Part shown: positions 9,172 through 19,615 of the stretch, in pieces
Position numbering within the stretch: position 1 is the stretch's first letter
Layout of the letters: each line of letters opens with the position of its first letter
Assembly: GCA_963781035.1 (NCBI GenBank)
Contig: CAWAEN010000004.1
Location: forward strand, 4,304-68,303
Origin: an uncultured Acidimicrobiia bacterium
GTDB lineage: Bacteria; Actinomycetota; Acidimicrobiia; Acidimicrobiales; SZUA-35
DNA: 64,000 nt
Reading direction: 5' to 3'
Made by a program: the position numbers and the translations under genes
Notes under the pieces: generated by a model
The model's input: the letters and a program-made list of their open reading frames with translations, nothing else
Databases searched by the model: none
Told to the model about the DNA's origin: nothing

Positions 9172-10467
9172 CTATCCGGCGTCTCGGACGAGGCGGATGA
9201 AGTTGTAGTAGCGCTCGCCGCCTTCGCCGTCGGGTCCGTCCTCGGTCTTGGTGTCGAAACGGACCGCGCCGGCACCGTGGGAGTCCTCGCCGCTGCCGTC
9301 GACGGCTCGGCCGAACGCGACGTACCAGGCGTAGTAGTAGGGCTCGCCGCCTGCTGAACTGTGCCGAGGTGCTGGACCAGTAGTAGCCGTAGTCGCTGTC
9401 GCCGGCTTCGTTGGTGATCTCGGTGGCGGAGAACAGCTCGTCGATGGCCGGTCCGACCGCGGAGGCGTCGGTGGCCGAGGGGGATCGGGAGTAGTCGACG
9501 ATGCTCTGCAGCTCCTTCACGTTCGGCAGCCGCCAGTCGGTGAAACCGGCCAGCTCGGAGTCCTCCGCGTAGGCCAACGCGTCTTGCCAGTCGAGTTCGA
9601 CACCGTCATCGTCTTGCGCCCACATGAGGCCGGTGGCGCTGTCGGTGATCGTGCCGTCGCCGTTGTCGACGAGGTCGTTGATGCCGTACTCGTCGCCTCG
9701 GACCACCCGCACGTAGTTGCCGCCGGCGGGGCCGCGGGCCACGGCTGGGTAGGCCTTGATGTGGCCGGTGACGTGGTTGACGCCGAACGCAGCTTCCGAA
9801 CCGCCCTCGGTCGTGGTGCCGACGTAGTAGTTGCTGGTCCAGTACTGCTCGTCCTTGGTGACCTCGCCGCTGGCCAGGGTGAAGTACGTCGGTGTCGAGA
9901 TAGGGCCAGCTGAGACCGAAGTCGCTGATCGTGAACAGCTCCTTGGCCGATGGCAGTCGCCAATCGTCGTAGCCGGCGAGCTCGAGCTCGTCGGCGTAGT
10001 CGACGGCCTCCTGCCAGGTGAAGCCATCCGAGGACGGAACCTGCTGCCAGGTCAATCCGGTGTTGGGGTCGGTGACGGTTCCGTCACCGTTGTCCTCGAA
10101 CGACATCGCCGACCCGGCCAAGTAGTCGGCGTCCTGGCCGTACAAGTCTTCACCGTCGGCCGGCACAGGTCATCTCCTCACCGTCGACGTCGTAACAAGC
10201 CGTCTGTCCGGTGGCGACAACCACAGACGTGGACGCTGCCCCGGTGTCGGTGTCGGTGTCGGAGCCGGTGTCCGCGCTGGACTGCGTCGTTTCGACCTCG
10301 GTTGCGTCGGCTGCGGTGTCGGTGTCATCGGACCCGCACACGCTCGCCACCAGCGCCATGACCGCGACGGCGACGAGCCAACGCCGCGCGGGACGTGGTC
10401 GAGTCGGTGTGACCGGCGAAGCGTTGTCGGTCGTTGATGGAGTTGGGGATTTCCGGGAGTAGGTCAT
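9172..10467 (-). pseudogene. secreted/lipo-protein with two DUF1566-like (Lcl C-terminal) domains; at least 3 frame breaks (about 10160, 9890, 9350)
   Basis: The signal-peptide part is ORF 10150..10467 (RRWLVAVAVMALVASVCGS...TGQTACYDVDGEEMTC). Next comes ORF 9606..10166 (FEDNGDGTVTDPNTGLTWQQ...AGYDDWRLPSAKEL). Then the ORF 8420..10027 frame (DNGDGTITDSATGLMWAQ...AGFTDWRLPNVKELQS). The Met-less tail GEPYYYAWYVAFGRAVDG...YYNFIRLVRDAG ends at the TAG at 9172. Confidence 0.7.
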
Positions 10468-10878
10468 GCGAGAGGTCCCTTCAGTGGCACGCAGCAGCTC
10501 GGCCTGTCGAAGCGACCGGAGGCCTGCTGTGATTCGAGCCTGGTGCGCGAACCTGTGAGTCGACTGTGAAAATCGGACAAAGGGACCTTGGTCCCGGCAC
10601 GGGATCGAGCGACCCGCCGACAGGACCGTTAGCTCGCCGGGAGCGCGGCCATGGTCTCTGGGACGAGTTCGTTGTGCATGCCGCCGGTTGGGTGTTCGGG
10701 CACAGGTCTAGATCATGACGCAGCCGACTGATCGTCGGGCTCGAACCCGAACGTGGCTTGGGTTGATCTGATCGGGCTGCCGCCGATGAGAGGGTCGTGG
10801 CACCATGGAGCGAATGAGCCTGCGAGCTCGAACCGAACGCCGACGCTCCAGCCACCGAGGACAGAGTCTGAGGCAGCC

Positions 10879-11202
10879 ATGACGATCTACGAACTCTTCA
10901 TTCAGGATCAGTCGACCGACCGTCGGCTCGAGGTGCCCGTGCACGGGCTTCCGCATTCCGCCGCTCTGTTGTCCCGTATGGATGAGCTCGTGGCCGCCGG
11001 TGAAGCCGAGAGTTGTCCTGGCTGGCCGCCGACGATCCGATTCGATTCCGTGGACACGCTCGGCCGCCTCATCGCCGGCGAGCGGGAGCTGACCCTGGGA
11101 ACGGCCGGAAACCCGGCGCCCGGTCGACCCATCTCGGCCGACGCTGCGCTCACGCAACTCGGCGACGGCGGCCCGTTCGAGGCTGTCCACTACGAGATCT
11201 GA
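10879..11202 (+). CDS. hypothetical protein (107 aa)
   Basis: Internal ATG of ORF 10753..11202 with GAGG 5 nt upstream (MTIYELFIQDQSTDRRLEV...). No family recognised. Confidence 0.5.
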   Translation: MTIYELFIQDQSTDRRLEVPVHGLPHSAALLSRMDELVAAGEAESCPGWPPTIRFDSVDTLGRLIAGERELTLGTAGNPAPGRPISADAALTQLGDGGPFEAVHYEI

Positions 11203-11217
11203 AACCCCGTGGATTGC

Positions 11218-11397
11218 TCAGTACTTGCCCCTGAAGGCAAAGGGCTTCTTCAGGTCGTCTTTGTCGAACCCGTCTTCACGCTCCGGGTTCTGCGCGATCT
11301 CGGCCCGGGTCAGGGCGATTCCTCCGGCCATGACGGCGCCGTAGACCGTGATGGCGAAGACGATCATTCCTACGATGAAGATCGCTGTCTGGCTCAT
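11218..11397 (-). CDS. small membrane protein (59 aa, one TM helix)
   Basis: C-terminal part of ORF 11218..11925: MSQTAIFIVGMIVFAITVYGAVMAGGIAL. Its start overlaps the stop of the upstream small gene (ATGA at 11394-11397). Confidence 0.6.
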   Translation of the reverse strand: MSQTAIFIVGMIVFAITVYGAVMAGGIALTRAEIAQNPEREDGFDKDDLKKPFAFRGKY

Positions 11398-11615
11398 GAC
11401 GAGACCTTCTCGGTCTGAGCAATCGGCGCAGGCGTGTCGACGGAGCCGAGCAGGAGCGTGCCGAGCGAGTGGATCGACGGCACCCAGAGGCCAACGAAGA
11501 TCCCGGCCATCTGCTCGTCCTGGACGAAGTACAGGTAGACCGAGAAGAGGAACGAGGCGAACCCGGCAATGATGAACGGGAGCTTCAGTCGTACGTCTTG
11601 GGGAAGGTTGGTCAT
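11394..11615 (-). CDS. small membrane protein (73 aa, two TM helices)
   Basis: ORF 11394..11615: LKLPFIIAGFASFLFSVYLYFV and MAGIFVGLWVPSIHSLGTLLLG. It appears translationally coupled to 11218..11397. Confidence 0.6.
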   Translation of the reverse strand: MTNLPQDVRLKLPFIIAGFASFLFSVYLYFVQDEQMAGIFVGLWVPSIHSLGTLLLGSVDTPAPIAQTEKVSS

Positions 11616-11779
11616 GTCGGTTTCCTCCGATGTGTAGGGCGTCGATCACTACTTCGTCTGTCAGCGCAATTTGGATGCGCTTCGACGTTGTTCCATGCGT
11701 GACATGCGGCATGAAGGCAAGCCGCCTCCGTAGGACCTTGTCCTCTGACTGATTGCTGCCCGTAGACGACCATGCAGAC

Positions 11780-13906
11780 ATGGCCACTGCCTTCAGAACC
11801 TGGCTTTTTCCCATGGTTCTCTTGGTCGCGCTGGGGTTGGGCATCCTGACCGGCTGCGTCAACGACGACGACGGTGCGGAGACCACGTCACTCCCGGCAA
11901 CCACCGAGCCCTCCACCCCAGCCACCAGCCCACCTACGTTGGTCGAGCCGGCCTTCGGGAGTACAGAAGTTCAGACGTCTTCGGTCCTGCCGCTCCTGCG
12001 AATGGAGTGGACATCGGTCGACCTCGAGGCTCCCGAAACCGACGGCTGGTTGCTGGGATTGACCACGCTCGGCGAGGAGTTCGTTGCCGTCGGCTCGAGT
12101 TGGACTGCGGGTGAATCCGCATTCGCACCGGGCACCCAGACCGTCAGGCAGTGGCGCTCATCCGATGGCCTCAGCTGGGATCTCGCCGATACGAAATCCA
12201 TCGACGGCTGGATGGACAGAATCGTGGTGGTCGATGACCACCTCCTCGCCATGGGAAGCAGAACGGATGAATCAGGGCGTGCTCTTCCGATGATCTGGAT
12301 CGACGACGGCTCGGGATGGGTGGAGACCGAGGTTGGTTGGTCCGGCGACGAGTCGCAGTCTCTCTACTTGTCCGCCGTGGCGTCGACACCGGCCGGTGTC
12401 GTGATGGCCGGCAACGTCCAACCGTTCTATCGAAACGACCCGATGGTGTTGTCGGTCGGTGGGTTCCGCATCGTGATCGACGACTTCGACGGCACCTACG
12501 TGGTCACCGAGGATGCCACGCAACGCACGGTCGCCGAAGGGTCGATCAGCGACATCTACCGGTGGAGCGAAGAAGGCCAACTCCTGTTCGACAACGACAC
12601 CGGTGACATCCTCACAACGGTGCCGTGGGAGGTGTGGGACGACCTCTACCCGGCTTCTTCACCACTGCCGATCTACTTCCCCACCCCTCCCGGCGACGAC
12701 ATCGGCTCGATCGAATGGGACGGCTATCGAGTCACGGTCGAGGGTCTTGTCGACGGGTACGAGCTCGGCACCTATGCGATCACCGATCTCGATACCGGCC
12801 GAGTGATCGCCGGACCACTCGACGAGCTCTACCGAGGGCCGGGCCCACGCTTCTTCGATCGAGCCACAGGCGAACTGGCGCTGGCCTTTGATTGGGACGA
12901 ATGGGATCGACTCACCAACGAGTGGTGGGAAGCCTCCTACGAGCCCCATGAGCCTCACGACGCCGAGGTTGTCGTGCTCTTCAGCGACGACCTCACCGCT
13001 GATCCGCCCATCTGGCGACAACAGACGTTGGCCTTGTCACCGGACAGCCACCTCGAGTCGTTGGTGGCGGTGGACGACCACTTCGTCGCCACGGTGCAAG
13101 AACACTACGAGTACTTGGGCAACCGGATCGCCTTCGTATCCGACGACGGGGTGACGTGGGAGCAGGCCGTGAGCCGGGGTGCGGACTACCTCCATCAGCT
13201 CGTGCCGACGTCGGATGGTGTGATGGCGTTGTCCAGCGGCGAGCAGGGGTCGATCGGCGGTGTTCCTCCAGCGACGGGCTCATCTGGCACGACGAGCTCT
13301 CGATCGGGCCCCAGAGCGACGGCAGTGATGCCTGGCTCGAGCTGATGGGTGCCGGCCCGATGGGCACCGTCGTCACCGCCGTTGTTCACGGACGGATATG
13401 AGCCTCAGGTACTGGAGATCACGGTCGACGAACTCACCGCTCGTTTCGGTGAACAGTTCGCGGTGGAGATCGTCGACTCGACCGGCGAGACGCGCCTGAC
13501 CCTCACCTGGGAAGAACTCGAGCAGCCCACCCCCGGAGATCAGAACTGGGCGACCTACACCGACGGCGCGACCCACTTCTGGAATGCCGAAGGCGAACTG
13601 GTGATGACCATTCCCGACGAGACCGTGTGGGCCGCCTATGAAGACCAGTCGGCTGGCGCCGGCGAGGAACCCCAGACTGCGGTGTTCATCCGGCTCGAAG
13701 GAGGCGCGTGGTTCGAAACGACCCCGCCCACAACCATCGAGCCAGGCTCCAATCAGATCGTGACGCTCGGAGTCGACAAGGTCGTCATCGCACGGACGGT
13801 CTTCGATGACACCGGAACGCGGTACGAGGAGGAAGGCGAGTTCGCCGGTCACATCGAGTTCCTCGTCGGCACCGTGACCGAGAAACCGAGCCAAGACCAA
13901 TCGTGA
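11780..13906 (+). CDS. lipoprotein with BNR/Asp-box-like repeats; 2 frame breaks (about 13255-13265 and 13385-13395)
   Basis: ATG at 11780: MATAFRTWLFPMVLLVALGLGILTGC (lipobox). Asp-box-like SSDGLSWD, SDDGVTWEQ and SSDGLIWHD are present. The protein continues through the ORF 13156..13401 frame into ORF 13349..13906. Confidence 0.65.
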
Positions 13907-14854
13907 CTGAGTGGCAAGAATTCCCCTGGCCGGCGCCGTCCACCGATCAGCGTCTCGATCGCCTCTGCGTCGAAACCACCGACCCGCTGCGCCCGGACTG
14001 CCGGATCGAAGGAGCGAACTTCATCTCGACGCCGGCGCCGCCGGGAGACGAGGTCGTCGTGTGCGCCTACAACGTCGAGCGAGGGCTACGTCTGGATGAC
14101 CAGCTGGAAGCGTCTCGCCGGCGCCTCTGGCATGCCCTCACCCGACATCCTCCTGCTCAGCGAAGCCGACCGCGGATGCACGCGCAGCGATGGACGCAAC
14201 GTTGCTCGGGCCTACGCAGAGCGGCTGGGCATGTGTTACGTCTACGGCGTCGAGTTCGTCGAGTTGCCGCGGGTGTGGGGACCGGGCGGCGCCATCCGTC
14301 ATCGCTGCGAACACGGCAACGCAATCATTTCGCGTTACCCGCTCGGCAACGTCCGGGTGATCCGCCACCGGGAAACCCGCAGCTGGAACAGCGCGACGCA
14401 GCGCATGCTTCGGCTCGGTCAACCCCGCCACGGCGGGCGTGTCGCCGTGGCGGCCGACGTGCGGATCGGTGACCGGACCCTCCGCGTCTACGCGGTGCAC
14501 TTCGAGTCCGGCCGGCCGGCCGATCGCGACACGATTCGTGAGGCCCAGGCCAGGGAACTGCTGGCCGACGCCGCGGGGGTGAGCTCAGGAGTGGTCATCG
14601 GTGGCGACATGAACGTCGTTCGATACACGGGATCGGCCGAGAGTGACCCGACCGTGGGCGCACTGCTCGCCGATGGTTTCCACGATGCCCACGTCGCACT
14701 CGCGCCGAGCGAACGGATCACCACGGACTCGGGAGTCGTCATCGACCTGATCGTCGGTCGCAGCATGCAGATCATCGATGCCGGTGTCGGTCCTCGAGCG
14801 ACATGGCACGACCTGTCCGACCACCTCCCGGTCTGGGCCCGCTTCCGATGGTGA
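13903..14854 (+). CDS. endonuclease/exonuclease/phosphatase (EEP) family protein; frame broken once near 14110-14120
   Basis: The GTG at 13903 overlaps the upstream stop (GTGA). The N-terminus VVVCAYNVERG lies in ORF 13903..14472. The rest lies in ORF 14096..14854 (ILLLSEADRGC, GNAIISRYPL, VYAVHFES, VIGGDMN, LSDHLPVWARF). Confidence 0.75.
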
Positions 14855-14876
14855 GCGCCGCCCCGGCGGGGCCGCC

Positions 14877-15770
14877 ATGAGCGCCGAACAAAGCCTGACA
14901 CGGGTTCGCACCAACGTGATGCTGTGGCTGTTCGTTGTGGTGTTCGCCCGGCTCTACACGGTCGTGCTCTGCCACGTGCCACGGCTCGTATTCGATTCCG
15001 ATCCGGTCTGCGACACCTGGTTCCGGGGTATTGCGGGCTATCTCTGGGTGGAGCTGGTCTTCTACGGCCCGGTCATGTGGTTCGCCCTCCACCAGATCAG
15101 CTCCGACGTGTTCGGCGACGTGCCGACCGAGGCCCGAGCACTGCAGCTTCACCGTCGCCGACATCTGGTGGCAGAGGCAGCGATCGCTGTCCTCTTCTAT
15201 GGCATCGGCGTTCATGTCGCCGACACGGTCGAGGTGTTCTCGCGGCTGAGCGAGGGTGTGACCGATGGTCCGATCTACGAGCTCGTCTACTTCATCGACG
15301 AGGGGGTGTCGCACTACATCCAGTTCGTCTCGCTGATCTTCGTCCTCGGGTGGATCGTGATCTTCGATCGACGGGGCCGGACCGCCCATTCCTCGCTGGC
15401 CCTGTTCCTGGGTACTGCGCACGGCCTCGAGCGGAGCGTCGGCATCATCGAAGGCGAGAAGTGGTTCATCGGGCCGGCGGTCATGGCCTGGATGGCGGCC
15501 GCCGTCGTGCTTCGATGGCGGCGTGTCGGGTCGGAGGCGGTGACAGAGTTCTTCGTTCGCTACGCGGTGGCCTTCGTGGCGGTCGTCCCCATCGCGCAGG
15601 TGCTCTACTACGCGTGGCTCGGAAGTTTCACGCCGCCGTCGGAGCTGTCCGAGTCGGAATACGCCGAGCTGGCTGTCGGCATGATCATCCTGTCGGTGGT
15701 GGGGACGTCGGTCGCTCTGGCGGTCGATCGCTGGCGGCTGCTCAGGCGCCCCAGTACCGGGTCGGGTTGA
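14877..15770 (+). CDS. integral membrane protein, unknown function
   Basis: Internal ATG of ORF 14778..15770. Multiple hydrophobic helices are present (VMLWLFVVVFARLY, YLWVELVFYGPVMWF, FVSLIFVLGWIVIF, ...). Confidence 0.65.
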   Translation: MSAEQSLTRVRTNVMLWLFVVVFARLYTVVLCHVPRLVFDSDPVCDTWFRGIAGYLWVELVFYGPVMWFALHQISSDVFGDVPTEARALQLHRRRHLVAEAAIAVLFYGIGVHVADTVEVFSRLSEGVTDGPIYELVYFIDEGVSHYIQFVSLIFVLGWIVIFDRRGRTAHSSLALFLGTAHGLERSVGIIEGEKWFIGPAVMAWMAAAVVLRWRRVGSEAVTEFFVRYAVAFVAVVPIAQVLYYAWLGSFTPPSELSESEYAELAVGMIILSVVGTSVALAVDRWRLLRRPSTGSG

Positions 15771-15821
15771 CGGACACCGGCGCCGGATCGGGCCCTTCGG
15801 ACGGATCCGGATCATCCCCGC

Positions 15822-17216
15822 GTGACTATGGTGACCCGGGTGCCCGACGCTGACGCTCCTGCATCCGCTGAGGGTTGGACCAGTCGCTCGGGGTTCATTC
15901 TCGCCACCATCGGATCCGCGGTCGGGGTCGGCAGCATCTGGAAGTTCCCGTACGAGGTGGGGGCCAACGGCGGTGGCGCATTCGTGCTGGTGTACATGCT
16001 CGGCCTCGTGTTGGTGGTCGTGCCACTCATGCTCGCCGAGTTCGCCATCGGCCATCGGGGGCAGGCCGACGCTGCCACCAGCATGGAAATCGTTGCCGGC
16101 GAAGAGTCGGCCTCGACTCGGTGGCGTGTGTTCGGACTCTTGGGGGCGGTCACCGCGTTCCTCATCCTCAGCTTCTACGCAGTGGTCGGCGGATGGACCC
16201 TGACCTACGCGTACGACACGCTGGTCGACGGCCTGCCCGGGGGCGCCGGCGAGGCGAGCGGCGGCTTCGATGATCTCCTGGCCTCGCCCGGGCGGATGAT
16301 GCTCTTCCAGGCTTTGTTCCTCGGACTCGTCGCCGCTGTCGTGGTTCGTGGTGTGCAGAACGGCATCGAGTCGGCCATGAAGATCCTCATGCCCCTCATG
16401 GCTCTGCTGCTCACCGCCATCGCCATCTACTCAATGCGCAACGGCGCCGCCTCGGCGACCCTTCGTTTCCTCTTCGTCCCCGATTTCGACGACCTGACCG
16501 GTCGTGGAGTGCTCGACGCCCTGGGGCTGGGCTTCTTCTCGATCGGGGTGGGGCTGGGCATCCTCCTCACCTACGCGGCGTACAGCCCACCCGGCGTCGA
16601 CCTCAAGACGGTGGCCATCGCGTCGGTCGCGGCCGACACCGTGATCTCGTTCGTGGCCGGGCTCGCGGTCTTCCCGGTGGTCTTCGCCAACAACCTGGAC
16701 GCTGCCAGCGGACCTGGTCTCGTGTTCGAGACGCTGCCGGTGGCGTTCGGGGTCATGCCGGCGGGCCGTTCGGTCGCAGTGGCGTTCTTCGCCCTGCTCG
16801 CCATGGCCGCACTCGGCTCGGCCATTTCCATGCTCGAGGCGGTGGTGGCCGTGCTCGACCGCCGCCTCGGCTGGTCGCGACACAAGTCAGTCGGCGTGGC
16901 CGCCACCTCCTGCTTCGTCGCCGGCATGGCAACCGTGGCGTCGTTCAACGTCTGGAGTGACGTTCACCCGTTCAGCTGGATGGAGCGCTATGAGAACGCG
17001 ACCATCTACGACCTCCTCGACGACGCCACGTCGCAGCTCATGCTGCCCGCCGGCGGATTGGCCATCGCCGTGTTCACCGGATGGGTCCTGTCCGACCGGC
17101 TGCTGCGCGACGAGCTCGGCCTGCGGGGCGTCCCCCTCGTCGCCCTGCGCTGGACGCTGCGGGTGGTTGCTCCCGTGACCATCACGGCCGCGGCCGTCGT
17201 GTCCCTCCTCGGCTGA
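15822..17216 (+). CDS. sodium-dependent transporter, neurotransmitter:sodium symporter (NSS/SNF) family
   Basis: Intact 464-aa ORF. RSGFILATIGSAVGVGSIWKFPYEVGANGGGAFVLVY is the NSS signature region, and about 11-12 TM helices follow. Confidence 0.9.
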   Translation: MTMVTRVPDADAPASAEGWTSRSGFILATIGSAVGVGSIWKFPYEVGANGGGAFVLVYMLGLVLVVVPLMLAEFAIGHRGQADAATSMEIVAGEESASTRWRVFGLLGAVTAFLILSFYAVVGGWTLTYAYDTLVDGLPGGAGEASGGFDDLLASPGRMMLFQALFLGLVAAVVVRGVQNGIESAMKILMPLMALLLTAIAIYSMRNGAASATLRFLFVPDFDDLTGRGVLDALGLGFFSIGVGLGILLTYAAYSPPGVDLKTVAIASVAADTVISFVAGLAVFPVVFANNLDAASGPGLVFETLPVAFGVMPAGRSVAVAFFALLAMAALGSAISMLEAVVAVLDRRLGWSRHKSVGVAATSCFVAGMATVASFNVWSDVHPFSWMERYENATIYDLLDDATSQLMLPAGGLAIAVFTGWVLSDRLLRDELGLRGVPLVALRWTLRVVAPVTITAAAVVSLLG

Positions 17217-17230
17217 GTCGCCGTACTGGG

Positions 17231-19186
17231 TCAGCGGTCCAGTTCGAGCACGGCGAAGTCAGCGGCGAGAGCGGCGACATGGTCGGCCAACTCATCGACC
17301 GGTACCGGGCGACACAGGTAGTAGCCCTGCGCCAGGGTTGCTCCCATGGTCTCCAGTTCTGCCAACTGCACAGCGGTTTCGACACCTTCCATGACCACGC
17401 TGTTGCCGACGACCGTGGCAAGGTCGCGGATGCTTCGCACCAATGCGCTCTGGCGCGGGTCCGAGCCGAGCTTGGCGATGAGACTCAGATCGAGTTTCAC
17501 TGCGTCGATCGGCAGGTTCAAGAGTTGATCGAGGGATGAATACCCGGTCCCGAAATCGTCGATGGCGAATCGCACACCGAGCGCATGGAGGGCGTGGAAC
17601 TGGTCGAGATCGCTCTCGTCGCCGATCAGCTCATGGGACTCGGTGAGCTCGAGGAAGAGCTGGCCCGGCTGGATGCCGAACTCGGCGATGGTGTCGGCAA
17701 CCGACTGCACCAACCGTCCCCTGGCGAACTCGACCGAGGAGACGTTGACCGTGACGCTGCTTTCCCGCAGGAGCGGGTCGTCCGACCAGACGGCAAGCAT
17801 CCTGCCGGCGGTCCGAAGCATGTGGCGGGTGAGATCGCTGATGAGGCCGATCTCCTCGGCCAGCGGGATGAACACACTGGGGGGAACCATCGCCCCACTC
17901 GGGAGCCGCCATCTCGCCAGCAGCTCGACAGCGCGGATGCTCCCGCTCGGGATCGCGAAGATGGGCTGGGCGTGTGCCTCGAACGACTCCGCTCGGACCG
18001 CTCGACGCAGGTGTGTCTCGAGGCCGCTGCGCTCGTGGAGCTCGTTTCTGAGCTCGTCGTCGAAGTGGACGACCTGCCGGCGCCCCGTCTTCTTCGCCCG
18101 GTACATCGCATGATCGGCATTGAGGAGCAGGCGCTCCGGGGTCGCCATCGACGGCGGGAGTGTGGCGATGCCGACGCTGGCCGAGAGGTAGATCTCGTCG
18201 TTGTTCGTCGATGCCATGGGCCGCTCGAGGTCATCGATGATGCGGTTCGCCAGCCGAGTCGAGGTGGGCCTGTCGTATGTTCCGTCGAGCAGGACGACGA
18301 ACTCGTCTCCGCCGAGCCGCCCGATCACATCCACCGCTCGGAGAGAGGACCGGAGCCGTTCTGCGGTCTCGCCCAGAGCCAGGTCGCCTCCGGCGTGCCC
18401 GAACCGGTCGTTGATCTCCTTGAAGTGGTCGAGGTCGATGAACATCAGGGTGATGGGCTCACCGAGCGAACGTGCTCGGTGGGTCAGCTGTTGCATGACG
18501 CCGGCACGGTTCAGCAGCCTGGTGAGAGGGTCGTGGGTGGCAGCCCACAGGTTGTCCTCGGCGATGCGACCGGAACGAATTCGGAGCTCGATCAGCTCGG
18601 TCCAGAGCCGGTCGTTCCGCTTCAGGCTCTGGACGGTGATGGCAGCGAAGGTGACGACCGCGAGAGCCAAGAGCGGTTGCCCGGCGACGATCAGGGCCGA
18701 CGCAGCACCAAGGCACATCGGAATGATGAACACCTTGCCGAGCGAGTTGACACCGGAGATCCCCGACATCGCTCCGGCGCTGACCGCGAAGATCATTCCG
18801 AGGGTGATCCACCGGAAATCCGAGTCGCTCGTGAGTGAGAGGTCGAGCCACAGCAATGCGCCGTAGCCGGCCCCGGCCAGGACCTGGAACCATGGAGCGG
18901 ACTTCGGCAGGCCCTCATCGTTGAGTGCGTTGGCCAACCTCGGGACGACCACGGCTGCGATCTGCATCACCAGCACGACGAACATGGCGACCACCCACCA
19001 CATGAGACCCTGTGGTGACCGATCGGCCGCGGTGACGACCGCGGTGTAGAAGGAGACGGTGGCGATCGTTCCGATGGGCGCCCCCCAGCGGTTGGCGAAG
19101 AAGAAGCGCGAGCGTTCGTTTCTGATCGCAGAAGCCAACCCGGGGTCGTCGGCGTCCAGCGGCGGCATCGCGAAAGTGTCGACCAA
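17231..19186 (-). CDS. membrane-anchored GGDEF-EAL protein (diguanylate cyclase/phosphodiesterase)
   Basis: Intact 651-aa ORF with N-terminal TM helices. GGDEF side: DPLTRLLNR...FIDLDHFKEINDRFGHAGGD...RLGGDEFVVLL. EAL side: VELLARW, ELTES, DDFGTGYSSL, KLD, EGVET. Confidence 0.9.
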   Translation of the reverse strand: MVDTFAMPPLDADDPGLASAIRNERSRFFFANRWGAPIGTIATVSFYTAVVTAADRSPQGLMWWVVAMFVVLVMQIAAVVVPRLANALNDEGLPKSAPWFQVLAGAGYGALLWLDLSLTSDSDFRWITLGMIFAVSAGAMSGISGVNSLGKVFIIPMCLGAASALIVAGQPLLALAVVTFAAITVQSLKRNDRLWTELIELRIRSGRIAEDNLWAATHDPLTRLLNRAGVMQQLTHRARSLGEPITLMFIDLDHFKEINDRFGHAGGDLALGETAERLRSSLRAVDVIGRLGGDEFVVLLDGTYDRPTSTRLANRIIDDLERPMASTNNDEIYLSASVGIATLPPSMATPERLLLNADHAMYRAKKTGRRQVVHFDDELRNELHERSGLETHLRRAVRAESFEAHAQPIFAIPSGSIRAVELLARWRLPSGAMVPPSVFIPLAEEIGLISDLTRHMLRTAGRMLAVWSDDPLLRESSVTVNVSSVEFARGRLVQSVADTIAEFGIQPGQLFLELTESHELIGDESDLDQFHALHALGVRFAIDDFGTGYSSLDQLLNLPIDAVKLDLSLIAKLGSDPRQSALVRSIRDLATVVGNSVVMEGVETAVQLAELETMGATLAQGYYLCRPVPVDELADHVAALAADFAVLELDR

Positions 19187-19258
19187 TCTGACGCCTTTGT
19201 GAGGCTCGGAGCCCCCGATACGAGGCGTCCGCCGCCGGTGTCGTAGAGTCCGGCGCAG

Positions 19259-19597
19259 ATGTTGCTGGTCGTGTGTTCGCTCGTTTCCAGCGCCTCATTC
19301 TTCTTTTACGGGTTCGAGACCCTCACGAAGGAACGACTGCGAGCGGAATACCGGCGCTACGGCATGCCGGGCCTGCGAACGTTCGCCGGAACGATGCAGG
19401 TACTCGGCGCGGCCGGTGTGCTCATCGGTCTGGGGTTCGCACCCCTGGGAGCGACCGCCGCCGGTGGTCTGGCCCTGATGATGTTCCTCGGGCTGCTCGT
19501 CCGGCTCAGCATCGGTGATGCGTTGCGACTGATGATTCCGGCAGCCTCGCTCTGCGTGATCAACACCGTTCTGTTGGTGCTGTTCCTCCTGCGCTGA
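19259..19597 (+). CDS. DoxX-like family membrane protein
   Basis: Intact 112-aa ORF with 4 helices. FFFYGFETLTKERLRAEYRRYGMPGLRTFAGTMQVLGAAGVLIG is typical of the DoxX-like family. Confidence 0.7.
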   Translation: MLLVVCSLVSSASFFFYGFETLTKERLRAEYRRYGMPGLRTFAGTMQVLGAAGVLIGLGFAPLGATAAGGLALMMFLGLLVRLSIGDALRLMIPAASLCVINTVLLVLFLLR

Positions 19598-19615
19598 GGC
19601 TCGGGTGAACCTTGC

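Noticed and set aside
10735-10750. The hairpin TCGGG-CTCGAA-CCCGA looks like a tRNA T-arm (TTCGAA-like loop).
   Set aside because: The loop is 6 nt, not 7. No acceptor stem, D-arm or anticodon arm can be drawn on either strand. I found no tRNA genes in the window.
14772-16055. Long out-of-frame or antisense ORFs. Examples are 14772..16055(-) 427 aa, 46918..48210(-) 430 aa, 60900..62219(-) 439 aa, 30255..31376(-) 373 aa, 50980..52191(+) 403 aa, 1384..2355(+) 323 aa and 53735..54850(+) 371 aa.
   Set aside because: They are Arg/Gly/Pro/Ser-rich low-complexity translations. Each overlaps a gene with clear family motifs on the other strand or frame. These are typical shadow ORFs of high-GC DNA.
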